From positions 80,122-144,121 of the forward strand of contig JBGAIQ010000014.1 in NCBI GenBank assembly GCA_044225365.1: a stretch of 64,000 nucleotides of DNA, written 5' to 3'. The position numbers and the translations under genes were made by a program. Origin of the DNA: Planctomycetota bacterium. Its GTDB lineage: Bacteria; Planctomycetota; B15-G4; JADJEK01. The notes under the pieces were generated by a model that saw only the letters and a program-made list of their open reading frames with translations, was not told where the DNA came from and searched no databases. Below, piece after piece: positions 32,011 to 41,052 of the stretch; position 1 is the first letter of the stretch, and each line of letters begins with the position of its first letter.

Positions 32011-32270
32011 CGACGACTCCGAGGGCTGTTTGCCGAGTGTTTCTTCGAAGGGGCGTACGAAGCGCGCCTTCGTGTCCTGGAGATCGAGAGATCGCAGTCC
32101 GGATCTGTAGTCGATTCGACCTCCGAAGTCCTTCGGACGGACTCGCGATTCTCATTCGAAACACGAGAGGGAGGAACCAGAACTCGTACCGCATCCGTCC
32201 CGACCTATCCCCCTCGAACTTCATTCGTAGAGGAGGAGATGTCGCTCGCCTCGCCTCGGAGTCACTTCAC

Positions 32271-33350
32271 ATGTTCTCGATGCTCTGTTCGCTCGTTCTC
32301 GCGCTCGCCCCGGGCGATGGCGCCGCACCTCAGACCAAGACCCTACTCGTCTTCGGCGGCACCAACTTCATCGGCCCGAACCTCGTCCCGGCCGCGCAGA
32401 AGGCGGGTTTCAAGGTCACTCTCTTCAACCGCGGGAAGACGAACCCCCAACTGTTCCCCGACGTGGAGAAGCTGATGGGCGATCGCGATCCCAAGGTCGG
32501 GGACGGATTGAAGGCGCTCGAAGGTCGGAAGTTCGACGCCATCATCGACGACTCGGGTCACGTCCCGCGTCACGTTCGCGCCGCTGCGCAGATGCTCGCG
32601 AAGGACTCAGGCTTCTACGTCTACGTCAGCAGCCTTTCCGCGTATGCCGGTCACGAGACCAAGGACGCGGACGAATCCGCTCCGCTTGCCCCGCTCGTCG
32701 AGGAAACGGAAGACTACAAAGGCGTGGCGTTCGGGCCGCTGAAGGCTCTGTGCGAGAAGGAAGTGCAGGACGCGTTCAAGGAACGCTGCGCGATCGTGAG
32801 GCCTGGTCTCATCGTCGGCCCCGGCGACAAGAGCGACCGATTCACGTACTGGATCGACCGCATGACGCGGGGAGGCGATGTCCTCGCGCCGGGAGCAAAA
32901 GACGATCCCATTCGGCTCATCGACGTCCGCGACCTCGCGGAATGGCTCGTGCGGCTCGCGGATCAAAAGACCGCGGGCGTCTTCAATGCGATCGGGCCCG
33001 AAGTACCTCTGACGATGGAGCACGTCCTCGACGCCTGTAAGGAGGCCGCGAATCGAGAGGTCACGATCCACTGGGCCGACGAGTCCTTCCTCGACGCGAA
33101 TGACGTCCACGGCTGGACCGATCTTCCGGTGTGGTTGCCGCCGAGCGGCGGGACGGCGGGCTTCCACACCCGCAGCATCGCCGCCGCGCTGAAAGCCGGG
33201 CTCACGTTTCGACCGATCGACGACACTGCGAAGGCCACTCACGACTGGTGGATGACACTGCCCGAGGAGCGACGCAAGACGCTGAAGAACGGCCTGAAGC
33301 CCGAGCGCGAGAAGGAACTGATCGGCAAGCTCCAACTCCCGGCGAAGTGA
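32271..33350 (+). CDS. NAD-dependent epimerase/dehydratase (isoflavone reductase-like) with N-terminal signal-like peptide
   Basis: GGTNFIG, FNRGKT, VRPGLIVGPGD, IDVRDLA; GGAG SD before ATG 32271. Confidence 0.88.
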   Translation: MFSMLCSLVLALAPGDGAAPQTKTLLVFGGTNFIGPNLVPAAQKAGFKVTLFNRGKTNPQLFPDVEKLMGDRDPKVGDGLKALEGRKFDAIIDDSGHVPRHVRAAAQMLAKDSGFYVYVSSLSAYAGHETKDADESAPLAPLVEETEDYKGVAFGPLKALCEKEVQDAFKERCAIVRPGLIVGPGDKSDRFTYWIDRMTRGGDVLAPGAKDDPIRLIDVRDLAEWLVRLADQKTAGVFNAIGPEVPLTMEHVLDACKEAANREVTIHWADESFLDANDVHGWTDLPVWLPPSGGTAGFHTRSIAAALKAGLTFRPIDDTAKATHDWWMTLPEERRKTLKNGLKPEREKELIGKLQLPAK

Positions 33351-33416
33351 AGCCACGCCGCGGCGGTCGCGACGGCGTACACTCGACGCGAAGCGACGAG
33401 ATCACCGGAGCGCGCC

Positions 33417-34085
33417 ATGGATCGATCCCTCTTCACCGCCGTCGATGATTACCTGAGCGAGCGCATCGTTGGGAGCGACTCCGCGCTCGATGCCACGCTC
33501 CAATCGATCACGAAGAATGGCCTGCCGGAGATCAATGTCACGGCTCCCCAGGCGAAGTTCCTCGCGATCCTCATCTCGATCCACGGCAGCAAGCGCGTGC
33601 TCGAGATCGGCACCCTCGCGGGATACAGCGCGATCTGGATGGGGCGCGCGCTGCCGAAGGACGGCCGGCTGATCACGCTCGAGTTCGAGGAGAAGCACGC
33701 ACGGATCGCGAAGGAGAACATCGCGCGAGCGGGGTTGTCGAGTGTGATCGATGTTCGTCTCGGCGCCGCGCTCGACAACTTGCCGAAGATCGAGACCGAG
33801 CGCCTCGGCCCGTTCGACTTCTTCTTCATCGATGCCGACAAGGTCAACAACCCGAACTACTTCGAATGGGCGCTGCGCCTGTCGCGTCCGGGCAGCGTCA
33901 TCGTCGTCGACAACGTCGTGCGAGCCGGAAAGATCGTCGATGCGAACTCGACCGAGGAAGCCGTGCGCGGGACTCGCGCACTCTTCGATCGGCTCGCCAC
34001 CGAGAAGCGCGTTCGCGCCACGGCGATCCAGACCGTGGGCAGCAAGGGCTACGACGGATTCGTGCTCGCAATCGTGACGAAGTGA
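33417..34085 (+). CDS. SAM-dependent O-methyltransferase (COMT/CCoAOMT-like)
   Basis: VLEIGTLAGYS, FIDADK, VDNVV, KGYDG. Confidence 0.95.
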   Translation: MDRSLFTAVDDYLSERIVGSDSALDATLQSITKNGLPEINVTAPQAKFLAILISIHGSKRVLEIGTLAGYSAIWMGRALPKDGRLITLEFEEKHARIAKENIARAGLSSVIDVRLGAALDNLPKIETERLGPFDFFFIDADKVNNPNYFEWALRLSRPGSVIVVDNVVRAGKIVDANSTEEAVRGTRALFDRLATEKRVRATAIQTVGSKGYDGFVLAIVTK

Positions 34086-34091
34086 ACTCGT

Positions 34092-35546
34092 TCAGTGCGG
34101 ATGCTGCATGAACACGAGGAGATGATGGAACGCGACCTGCTGCGCTTGCGTGAGCGGCGCGGCGCCGGGTTTCTTCAAGTCGTTCAGTTCGAAGGGGTCG
34201 ACGAGCAGGTCGTAGAACTCGTCGTGCTGGCTGTTCTCGATGACGCGTCGCAGCTTGTAGCGTAAATTACGCGTCGCGATCTCGTGACGCACCGCGCCTC
34301 CAAAGAGCGGCTTCTCGCATTCGGTGTACACCATGTCCCGCAAGGGCCGCGAGGTCGGGTCGACGAGGTACGGCAAGAGGCTCACGGAATCGAGCTCTCG
34401 AGTGCTGTAGAGATTCGCGAGTGCGACTCGATCGACTCCCTGTAGATCCATCACCGTCGCGAAGACGTCGGTGAGGCTCACGAGAGCGTTCTCCTCGCGA
34501 CCGGGACTCGCGACGATGGGACCATTGATGATGAGCGGCACGTTCACACCGCCTTCGAAGGTGGTCTCCTTGCACTTGTTCGAACTGAACGGAGCGACGG
34601 GAACGCCGATCGGAGTTCCGTTGTCGCCGCAGAAGACGATGATCGCGTCGGGGCTCGCGAGGCGAATCGCTTTGACCAAGCGTCCGACCTCGTGATCGAG
34701 CGCCTCGAGCATCGCCTTGTAGACCGGTCGGATCTCACCGGGCTGCAGGTTCGAGAGGTCGACCGTGAACATCCAGGGCGGCGGAGTTTGATACGGCGAG
34801 TGCGGCGCGTTGTACGCCACGTGCGCGAAGCGCGGACCCGAGGTCTGCGACCACCAGTTGATGACCTGATCCGTGATGTACACGGTGTTGTACTTCGAGA
34901 CCGTCGTCGGGATGCCGTCGACGAGGTTGTAGTCGAGGTAGAAGTACCCGTTCGGCGGAACCTTCCAGAAGCCGAAAAGCGTGCCGTCGAAGTGCTCGTA
35001 GCCTTGCGTGTTCGGCGCGAGATCGACTCCGGGCTGGGTGTTGGGCGTCAGATGCCACTTGCCGAACTGGGCCGTATCGATGTGCATCGGTGCGAGCGCC
35101 GACAGGACTTCCGGGACGGTCCATTCCGAATCCGGCAGCCCCTTGGGGCTCGACGCATTGATGATCCACTTCATGTCGAAGCGAAACGGATAGCGCCCGG
35201 TCTGCAAGGAGCCGCGCGATGGTGAGCACACGGGGCTCGACCATGCATTGCGGAACAAGAGGCCGGTTTGCGCCAGCTTGTCGATGTTCGGCGTCGTCGG
35301 CAGATCGTTGCCTTCGTGGTAGCAGTTCAGCATGTCGACGCCGAGGTCGTCGGCGACGATGAGCACCACGTTGGGCGGGACGAAGTACGGCGGAGTCGTG
35401 CTGCCGCCGCCCAGACTCCCGCCCGGACCCGTCGATTGCGCCGCACTCGACCCCATGGTGCAGAGGCCGAGAAACGCGCAGGTGGATACGACAAACGAAA
35501 ACGCGGCAAGGCCGCGAGCTCCTGGTCGGAGGCTCTCGAAAGCCAC
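34092..35546 (-). CDS. Secreted sulfatase
   Basis: PNVVLIVADDLG, formylglycine motif CSPSR, GKWHL, APHSP, GDNG. Confidence 0.93.
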   Translation of the reverse strand: MAFESLRPGARGLAAFSFVVSTCAFLGLCTMGSSAAQSTGPGGSLGGGSTTPPYFVPPNVVLIVADDLGVDMLNCYHEGNDLPTTPNIDKLAQTGLLFRNAWSSPVCSPSRGSLQTGRYPFRFDMKWIINASSPKGLPDSEWTVPEVLSALAPMHIDTAQFGKWHLTPNTQPGVDLAPNTQGYEHFDGTLFGFWKVPPNGYFYLDYNLVDGIPTTVSKYNTVYITDQVINWWSQTSGPRFAHVAYNAPHSPYQTPPPWMFTVDLSNLQPGEIRPVYKAMLEALDHEVGRLVKAIRLASPDAIIVFCGDNGTPIGVPVAPFSSNKCKETTFEGGVNVPLIINGPIVASPGREENALVSLTDVFATVMDLQGVDRVALANLYSTRELDSVSLLPYLVDPTSRPLRDMVYTECEKPLFGGAVRHEIATRNLRYKLRRVIENSQHDEFYDLLVDPFELNDLKKPGAAPLTQAQQVAFHHLLVFMQHPH

Positions 35547-35889
35547 TGCTCATCTCCAGCGGCCCATCCGACGAACGCAGGACGCACTTCGCGCTCCAGC
35601 GAACGGGAGCGCCACGACCGCAAGACCCCTGCGGTCGCGAATGGCGCTGCGGCGTTCGTTACGCCGAATCTCCTGACCTATCCGTCAGCGCCGAGTGGTC
35701 GAACGTCGCCGGTCTCTCCAGGCCGCGACGACGCAATTCTAGCAGGGTCCCGCCGGCCGGCGTCAAAACTCCACTCCGCCGATTCTCACCGATTCGGAAT
35801 CGTGGACGAGGAAATCGTGATGCAGATCGATCGTGGGGTACGCTCTCCCTTCGGCTTGGATCACGCCCCCCACCCCCCTCGGATCCCAC

Positions 35890-38154
35890 ATGAACTTCAA
35901 GACGCTGCCCCTTCGACGAATCGCGTTCGTCGTCGCGATGTTGCCCGCCTCGGTCACGCTCGCAGGGGATTCATCCGCGGCGCGAGCCGCTCGCATGCTC
36001 GGGCACTCGGAACACGGGCCCGAGTTCGACGAGGGCCCGCGCGAGAAGCCCGTGAAGTTGGAAGGCATCGGCTCCACGCATTTGCCGATCACGACGAAGG
36101 TCCCGGAAGTCCAGCAATGGTTCGACCAGGGGAACACGCTGCTCCATTCGTTCTGGTACTACGAGGCCGAGCGATCGTTTCGGTGGTGCCTGAAGCTCGA
36201 TCCCGAGTGCGCGATGGCTTGGTGGGGTCTCGCGCGTTGCTCCGATCGTGACGACAACGGAAAGCGCCTGCGCAAGTGCCTCTACGAGGCCGTGAGGCGC
36301 AAGGACTCGGTCACACGTGCGGAACGGCTCTACATCGAAGCCTGGGAGAATGCCTACCACGACTTCCTCGCTTCGACGGGCGATACCGAATCCAGCAAGC
36401 CGGGCTCGCCGGACGGCGAGATCGCAAAAGGCCTCGAGAAGATCGCGCTCGAATTCCCTAACGACGTCGAAGCCAAGGCGCTGTACGTGCGCTACACGAT
36501 GAGCGACGAGTCGAAGCGACTCGGCAACGAGATGATCGTCCGCGACATCCTCGCGAAGGAGCCCGACCATCCCGGCGCGCACCACTATCGCATTCACAAC
36601 TGGGACGGGAAGGAAGGCAAGCAGGCGCTCGAGAGTTGCGCGCGATACGGAGTGATCGCGCCGAACATCGGTCACGCCGATCACATGCCGGGGCACGTCT
36701 ACAGCGGCGTCGGAATGTGGCACGAAGCGGCGATCTGGATGGACATCGCGACGCGCGTCGAGAAGCGTTCGATGACGCAGCGCATGATCTTCCCGTTCAG
36801 CGACTGGAACTACCGCCACAATCGGAACTACCTCTGCTACATCCAGGAACAGCTCGGCATCGCGAGTCTTTCCGAGGACGGCGCGCGCGAGTTGCTCTCG
36901 ACTCCGCTCGATCCCCGCTTCAACGACGCCACGAAGGGCGACGAAGCGACGATCTATTCCGAAGGGCTGCGCGCGCTGCTTCGCAACCTGATCAAGTTCG
37001 AACGGTTCGACGACGTGACGCGCGAAGGCGTCGTTCCGTGGAAGGACACGCTCGAATGCCGCGCGTGGCGACCCTATGCCGAGGCGCTCGCTGCGTTCGC
37101 CCGGCACGACGTGGTCACGCTTCGCGAACGCGAGAAGAAGCTCGCCGAACTGAAGGCCGAACAGGGAAAGAAGCCGAGAGGCGATGAGCGCGACCTCGAC
37201 ATCGGATTGCTCGACGACGAGGTCCGCGGACTCCTCGCGCACGCCGACGGACGCGCCCTCGAGGCCTACGAGATCCTTCTTCCCGCCGCGAAACACCAGG
37301 CCGATGGTTTCGAAGGCGGGAACGACCTGCCCACCCACCCACGATTCCTCTACACCGTGCTCGGCGAACTCTACCTCTCCGACGGCTGCCCAAAGCTCGC
37401 TCGCGAGGCGTTCCTGCGCACGCTCGACTCGGTGAAGAACGACGGCTTCGCGCTCTCGGGGCTCGCGCGAGCGGAACACGCGCTCGGCAACATCCCTGCC
37501 GCCACCGACGCCGCGGCGCGACTTGCTTTCGTGTGGTCGGCCGCCGATCCGAAGCTGCGCTGGCTCAGTACTGTCAAGGCGCTCGGCCTGAACGCGACGC
37601 CAAAGGACGACTCGCCCGCACCGCAGCGACCTTACGACACGCGAGCGCTCGAGTCATACGGGCCAGGAACGTGGAAGCCGAATCCTGCGCCGACACTCGC
37701 CGTTCTCGATTCGTCCGGCAGCAACGTCTCGCTCGACGCATACCGCGGCAAGAACGTGATCGTCGTCTTCTACCTCGGCGATCAGTGTCCGCACTGCATC
37801 GAACAGCTTCAGAAGTTCGATCAGCGCGCTGGGGACTTCGCGAAGCGTGACGCTACGGTCCTCGCGATCAGTCGCGACGCACCGGAGAAGAACAAGAAGT
37901 CCGAAGCCCTCGGCGCGCTCGCGGTGCGCCTGCTCTCCGATCCGGACCATGCGAATGCGCGGCGCTTCCACTCGTACGACGATTTCGAGGAGATGGAGAT
38001 CCATTCGACGATCTTCATCGATCGCAACGGTGACTTGCGTTGGGCCCGCACCGGCGGCGATCCTTTCATGGACCTCGATTTCCTCCTCAACGAGATCGAC
38101 CGCGTCGACGCCATGCGCTCGAGCGCGCCGGCGCCTGCGGCCCCGCGAGGCTGA
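35890..38154 (+). CDS. Secreted TPR-like protein with C-terminal AhpC/TSA (redoxin) domain
   Basis: Signal peptide; HSFWYYEAERSF, HPGAHHYRIH, HMPGHVY; C-terminal SLDAYRGKNVIVVFY...CPHC. Confidence 0.85.
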   Translation: MNFKTLPLRRIAFVVAMLPASVTLAGDSSAARAARMLGHSEHGPEFDEGPREKPVKLEGIGSTHLPITTKVPEVQQWFDQGNTLLHSFWYYEAERSFRWCLKLDPECAMAWWGLARCSDRDDNGKRLRKCLYEAVRRKDSVTRAERLYIEAWENAYHDFLASTGDTESSKPGSPDGEIAKGLEKIALEFPNDVEAKALYVRYTMSDESKRLGNEMIVRDILAKEPDHPGAHHYRIHNWDGKEGKQALESCARYGVIAPNIGHADHMPGHVYSGVGMWHEAAIWMDIATRVEKRSMTQRMIFPFSDWNYRHNRNYLCYIQEQLGIASLSEDGARELLSTPLDPRFNDATKGDEATIYSEGLRALLRNLIKFERFDDVTREGVVPWKDTLECRAWRPYAEALAAFARHDVVTLREREKKLAELKAEQGKKPRGDERDLDIGLLDDEVRGLLAHADGRALEAYEILLPAAKHQADGFEGGNDLPTHPRFLYTVLGELYLSDGCPKLAREAFLRTLDSVKNDGFALSGLARAEHALGNIPAATDAAARLAFVWSAADPKLRWLSTVKALGLNATPKDDSPAPQRPYDTRALESYGPGTWKPNPAPTLAVLDSSGSNVSLDAYRGKNVIVVFYLGDQCPHCIEQLQKFDQRAGDFAKRDATVLAISRDAPEKNKKSEALGALAVRLLSDPDHANARRFHSYDDFEEMEIHSTIFIDRNGDLRWARTGGDPFMDLDFLLNEIDRVDAMRSSAPAPAAPRG

Positions 38155-38331
38155 GCGCGGACGCCGCGAGTTTTATCGACCGCGACCGATTTCGCAGCGC
38201 CGGGGACACCGCGTGCGGCGCCCTCCCCACTGCGGGATCGAAGACTCCCTCGATCTGACGAGAACGTCACCCCACCCTGCTCCGCGATGGCCTTCTCGTC
38301 ATCGTCGGGCGACCTTTCACCTCTCGGCATT

Positions 38332-38347
38332 GGGCACCGCGATTGCA
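38332..38347 (+). promoter_or_regulatory. Putative sigma54 promoter
   Basis: GGGCACCGCGATTGCA = GGCAC-N5-TTGCA, about 115 nt upstream of the ATG at 38460. Confidence 0.7.
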
Positions 38348-38459
38348 CTCGATCCTCCGGCTCGTGCGAACGGGCACTTGTTCCACACGCCGCCGTTCTC
38401 GCGCTTCGCGGGCGGCGGCGACATCGATTTCAAGTCGATCGAACCCCTCAGGAGGAATC

Positions 38460-39848
38460 ATGCGACGCACCCTCTCCGCTCTCGCAACGCTCGCTCTCGC
38501 CGCGGCCGCTTCGGCTCAGAACTACACCTACACGGTTGTCGATCTCGAGCCCGGCGTGAACACGCTGACGCCGAGCAAGCCGTGGAGCATCTCCAACGAC
38601 GGCAAGACGATCGCCGGCACGCGCGGCGGCGTCGCTTTCGTATGGCATGAAGGATCCGGGTTCACGTCGCTGAACAACCTTCCCGGCTACACCTCTGGCG
38701 CAGCGTTCGGACTCGACGCCGCAGGAAATGCCTGCGGCACGTCGACGGGCGCCGCGAATTCGCGAGCCGTCCGCTACAACACCAACGGCACGGTCGATTC
38801 CCTCGGCACGCTCGGTGGTGCCTCGAGCATCGGCGCCGAGATGAACGCCGGCGGTGCGATCGTCGGTGACGCGATGAACGCATCGGGTCTCTGGCATGCG
38901 TTCTACTGGACCCAGGCCGGCGGAATGATCGATCTGCAGCCCGGCGCGACGGAGTCCCATGGTTGGGACGTGAGTGACTTCGGCGCGGTCACCGGCTTCA
39001 CGGGACCGGGCGGCGCACTCACTACGGATCACGCGTTCCGCTGGACACAGGCCGGCGGGTTCGTCGATCTCGGCGTTCCGGGCACCTTCAAGAACAGTCA
39101 CGGCTTCGGCATCAACAAGGCCGGTCAGGTCTGCGGGAACTCGCAGAACAACACGGGCACCGTCCAAGGATGGGTCCGCTACTCCGACGGCGCAGGCTGG
39201 CAGTATCTGTTGACGAATGCCGGCAAGGCGAACACCGCGTGGAAGCTGAACGACTTCGGTCAGGTCGTCGGCGAGACGCACCAGGACAGCGGTGGCCTGC
39301 ATCGCGCCGCGGTCTGGACCGACGGAATCGGCATCCAGGACCTCAACGCCTTGATCGATCCTGCCTCTGGCTGGCTCCTGCGCGCGGCGTACGACGTCAA
39401 CGAGCGCGGCCAGATCGTCGGTTGGGGTGAGCACAGCGGTTCATGGCACGGCTTCCGCCTCGACCCGAACTTCTTCGTGACGTACGGCAATGCCTGCGCG
39501 GGCGGCGCGGGCCACGTCCCGGCACTCGCCGGACACGGCGTCCCTGCGGCCGGAAATACCATCGAGGTGATGATGGCCGAAGGCACTCCGAATGGCGTCG
39601 GCCTGATCTTCCTGTCGGCGAGCGCGGGCAATCAGCCGGTGGCGGGCTGCACGTATCTCCTCGGTGCGCCGCTCGGCTACCCGATCGCCTTCAGCTACGA
39701 CCTGCTCCGCCAAGCGCACCTGGTCGCGACGCTTCCCACCCCGCTCGCCGGCGGTGCATCGCTCTATCTCCAAGTCGCGAGCCTGGATCCGTCGGCGCCG
39801 AACGGCCAGTTCGCCCTCTCGAACGGCCTGCAGATGATCCTGCCCTGA
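38460..39848 (+). CDS. Secreted HAF-repeat protein with conserved C-terminal domain
   Basis: AGGAGG SD; signal peptide; repeats LGTLGG, N-x-x-G-x-IVG, HAF-x-W, DLNALID. Confidence 0.9.
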   Translation: MRRTLSALATLALAAAASAQNYTYTVVDLEPGVNTLTPSKPWSISNDGKTIAGTRGGVAFVWHEGSGFTSLNNLPGYTSGAAFGLDAAGNACGTSTGAANSRAVRYNTNGTVDSLGTLGGASSIGAEMNAGGAIVGDAMNASGLWHAFYWTQAGGMIDLQPGATESHGWDVSDFGAVTGFTGPGGALTTDHAFRWTQAGGFVDLGVPGTFKNSHGFGINKAGQVCGNSQNNTGTVQGWVRYSDGAGWQYLLTNAGKANTAWKLNDFGQVVGETHQDSGGLHRAAVWTDGIGIQDLNALIDPASGWLLRAAYDVNERGQIVGWGEHSGSWHGFRLDPNFFVTYGNACAGGAGHVPALAGHGVPAAGNTIEVMMAEGTPNGVGLIFLSASAGNQPVAGCTYLLGAPLGYPIAFSYDLLRQAHLVATLPTPLAGGASLYLQVASLDPSAPNGQFALSNGLQMILP

Positions 39849-39876
39849 CGCCCTGACGACCCGCATCGCCTGAACC

Positions 39877-39908
39877 CGAGCCTGCGCCGGCCCGCCTGCG
39901 CAGGCTCG
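39877..39908. terminator. GC-rich hairpin downstream of the HAF gene
   Basis: 11-bp stem CGAGCCTGCGC/GCGCAGGCTCG; no strong U tract. Confidence 0.5.
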
Positions 39909-39915
39909 CTCATTT

Positions 39916-40041
39916 CGGCGGTTACGGATCGCAGCCGCCGCCGCCGCTTTCGGCGGTCACGGATCGCAGCCGCCGCCGCCGCTTTCGGCGGTTACGGATC
40001 GCAGCCGCCGCCGCCGCTTTCGGCGGTTACGGATCGCAGCC
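39916..40041 (-). repeat. Second array of the hairpin repeat family, 35-nt period, about 3.6 copies, inverted relative to 16959-17304
   Basis: CGGCGGTYACGGATCGCAGCCGCCGCCGCCGCTTT starting at 39916, 39951, 39986 and 40021 (partial). Confidence 0.92.
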
Positions 40042-40150
40042 AACTCCGCCGGTTTGGGTTGGCGTGGAAAATCGGCCGGAATTGCTGGTGCAGGGGGGCC
40101 CCGTTCTTCGCTCGGGCGGAAGCCAGGCGATGAAAACGCAGGAGCCCGCG

Positions 40151-40426
40151 ATGCGACCCTTCCTCCGTCCACTCGATTCCAATTCGAAGTCCCATGTCCA
40201 CTTCGTTGGCGTGTACCCGGGATGCGGAGTCCTCGACGCCCTCCTGGCGGTCTGCGTCCTGGCCGTCGTTCTTGCGACGGGGATCGCTACCGTCCTCGTC
40301 TTTGCGATCGGCATTCGGAGCACGGCCGGGGCCGCAGGCGACGCGTTTGCAACCGCGATCCATGCCATCGATGGGTCGATCCAGGGGATCATGGCCACCC
40401 TTCGCTCCGTCGCAGCGGGCGCCTGA
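40151..40426 (+). CDS. Small hypothetical membrane protein
   Basis: AGGAG SD before ATG 40151; one long hydrophobic segment followed by an amphipathic tail. Confidence 0.55.
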   Translation: MRPFLRPLDSNSKSHVHFVGVYPGCGVLDALLAVCVLAVVLATGIATVLVFAIGIRSTAGAAGDAFATAIHAIDGSIQGIMATLRSVAAGA

Positions 40427-40455
40427 CTCCTTCACGCTGAAGGACCGAACGCGAA

Positions 40456-41052
40456 TCAGGAGGAAGGCCTCCCGCCCTCGAGCGCGCGCCGCAGCCACGC
40501 CTTCGCGAACGCAAGCTCTCGCACGACCGTGTTGCGATGCACTCCCAATGTCTGCGCGATCTCACTCCCCGTCATGCCGGAAAAGAAATGCATCGCGACG
40601 ATCTCTGCGGCGCGCGAATCGAGCCGCTCGAGTTCGAGCAGCGCATCGCGGAGCGCCGGCAAGTCGTGTTGCGACGTCGGTTCGACCGCCTCGACGGGAA
40701 GCCCGGAGAGCGTGACGCGATCTCGCGATCCGCCGCGCTTCTCGGCGCGTTGCTCCCGGGCGTGATCGACGATGACGTTACGCATCGCTCGCGCTGCTAC
40801 CGCGAGGAACTCGTTGCGCCGCTCTCCCAGCCGTGCGTCGCCCGAAACGAGTCTCACGTACACCTCGTTCACGAGCATCGTCGACTGGAGCATCATCGCC
40901 CCACGTTCGCTCGTCAATGCTCGCTTCGCGATCGCACGAAGCTCCTCGTACATCACGGGCAGGAGCTCCGCGGGCGAGCTGCTTCCGGCTTGAATCCGCG
41001 AGAGGATCTGCGTGACGTCCTCGCTCGGTGTTCCGGTCATCGCCACACTCAC
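40456..41052 (-). CDS. Planctomycete-type ECF sigma factor
   Basis: DVTQIL, LLPVMYEELRAIA, LQSTMLVNEVYVRL, AARAMRNVIVDHAR, AEKRGG, FAKAWL. Confidence 0.93.
   Translation of the reverse strand: MSVAMTGTPSEDVTQILSRIQAGSSSPAELLPVMYEELRAIAKRALTSERGAMMLQSTMLVNEVYVRLVSGDARLGERRNEFLAVAARAMRNVIVDHAREQRAEKRGGSRDRVTLSGLPVEAVEPTSQHDLPALRDALLELERLDSRAAEIVAMHFFSGMTGSEIAQTLGVHRNTVVRELAFAKAWLRRALEGGRPSS

Noticed and set aside
32230-32475. Strong SD (GAGGAGG) with ATG at 32239 opening a 78-aa out-of-frame ORF
   Set aside because: Product is Ser/Arg-rich shadow-like sequence overlapping the epimerase gene, which has its own SD; a regulatory role cannot be supported.
30244-32475. 743-aa plus-strand ORF and similar long antisense ORFs throughout the window
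   Set aside because: Antisense shadows of well-supported genes, expected at this GC content and codon bias.
39916-40041. CRISPR array
   Set aside because: Pure 35-nt tandem repeat with no spacers.
40151-40426. Flp/type IV pilin identity for the small membrane ORF
   Set aside because: No Glu at +5 or Flp Tyr, and no tad/pil genes nearby.
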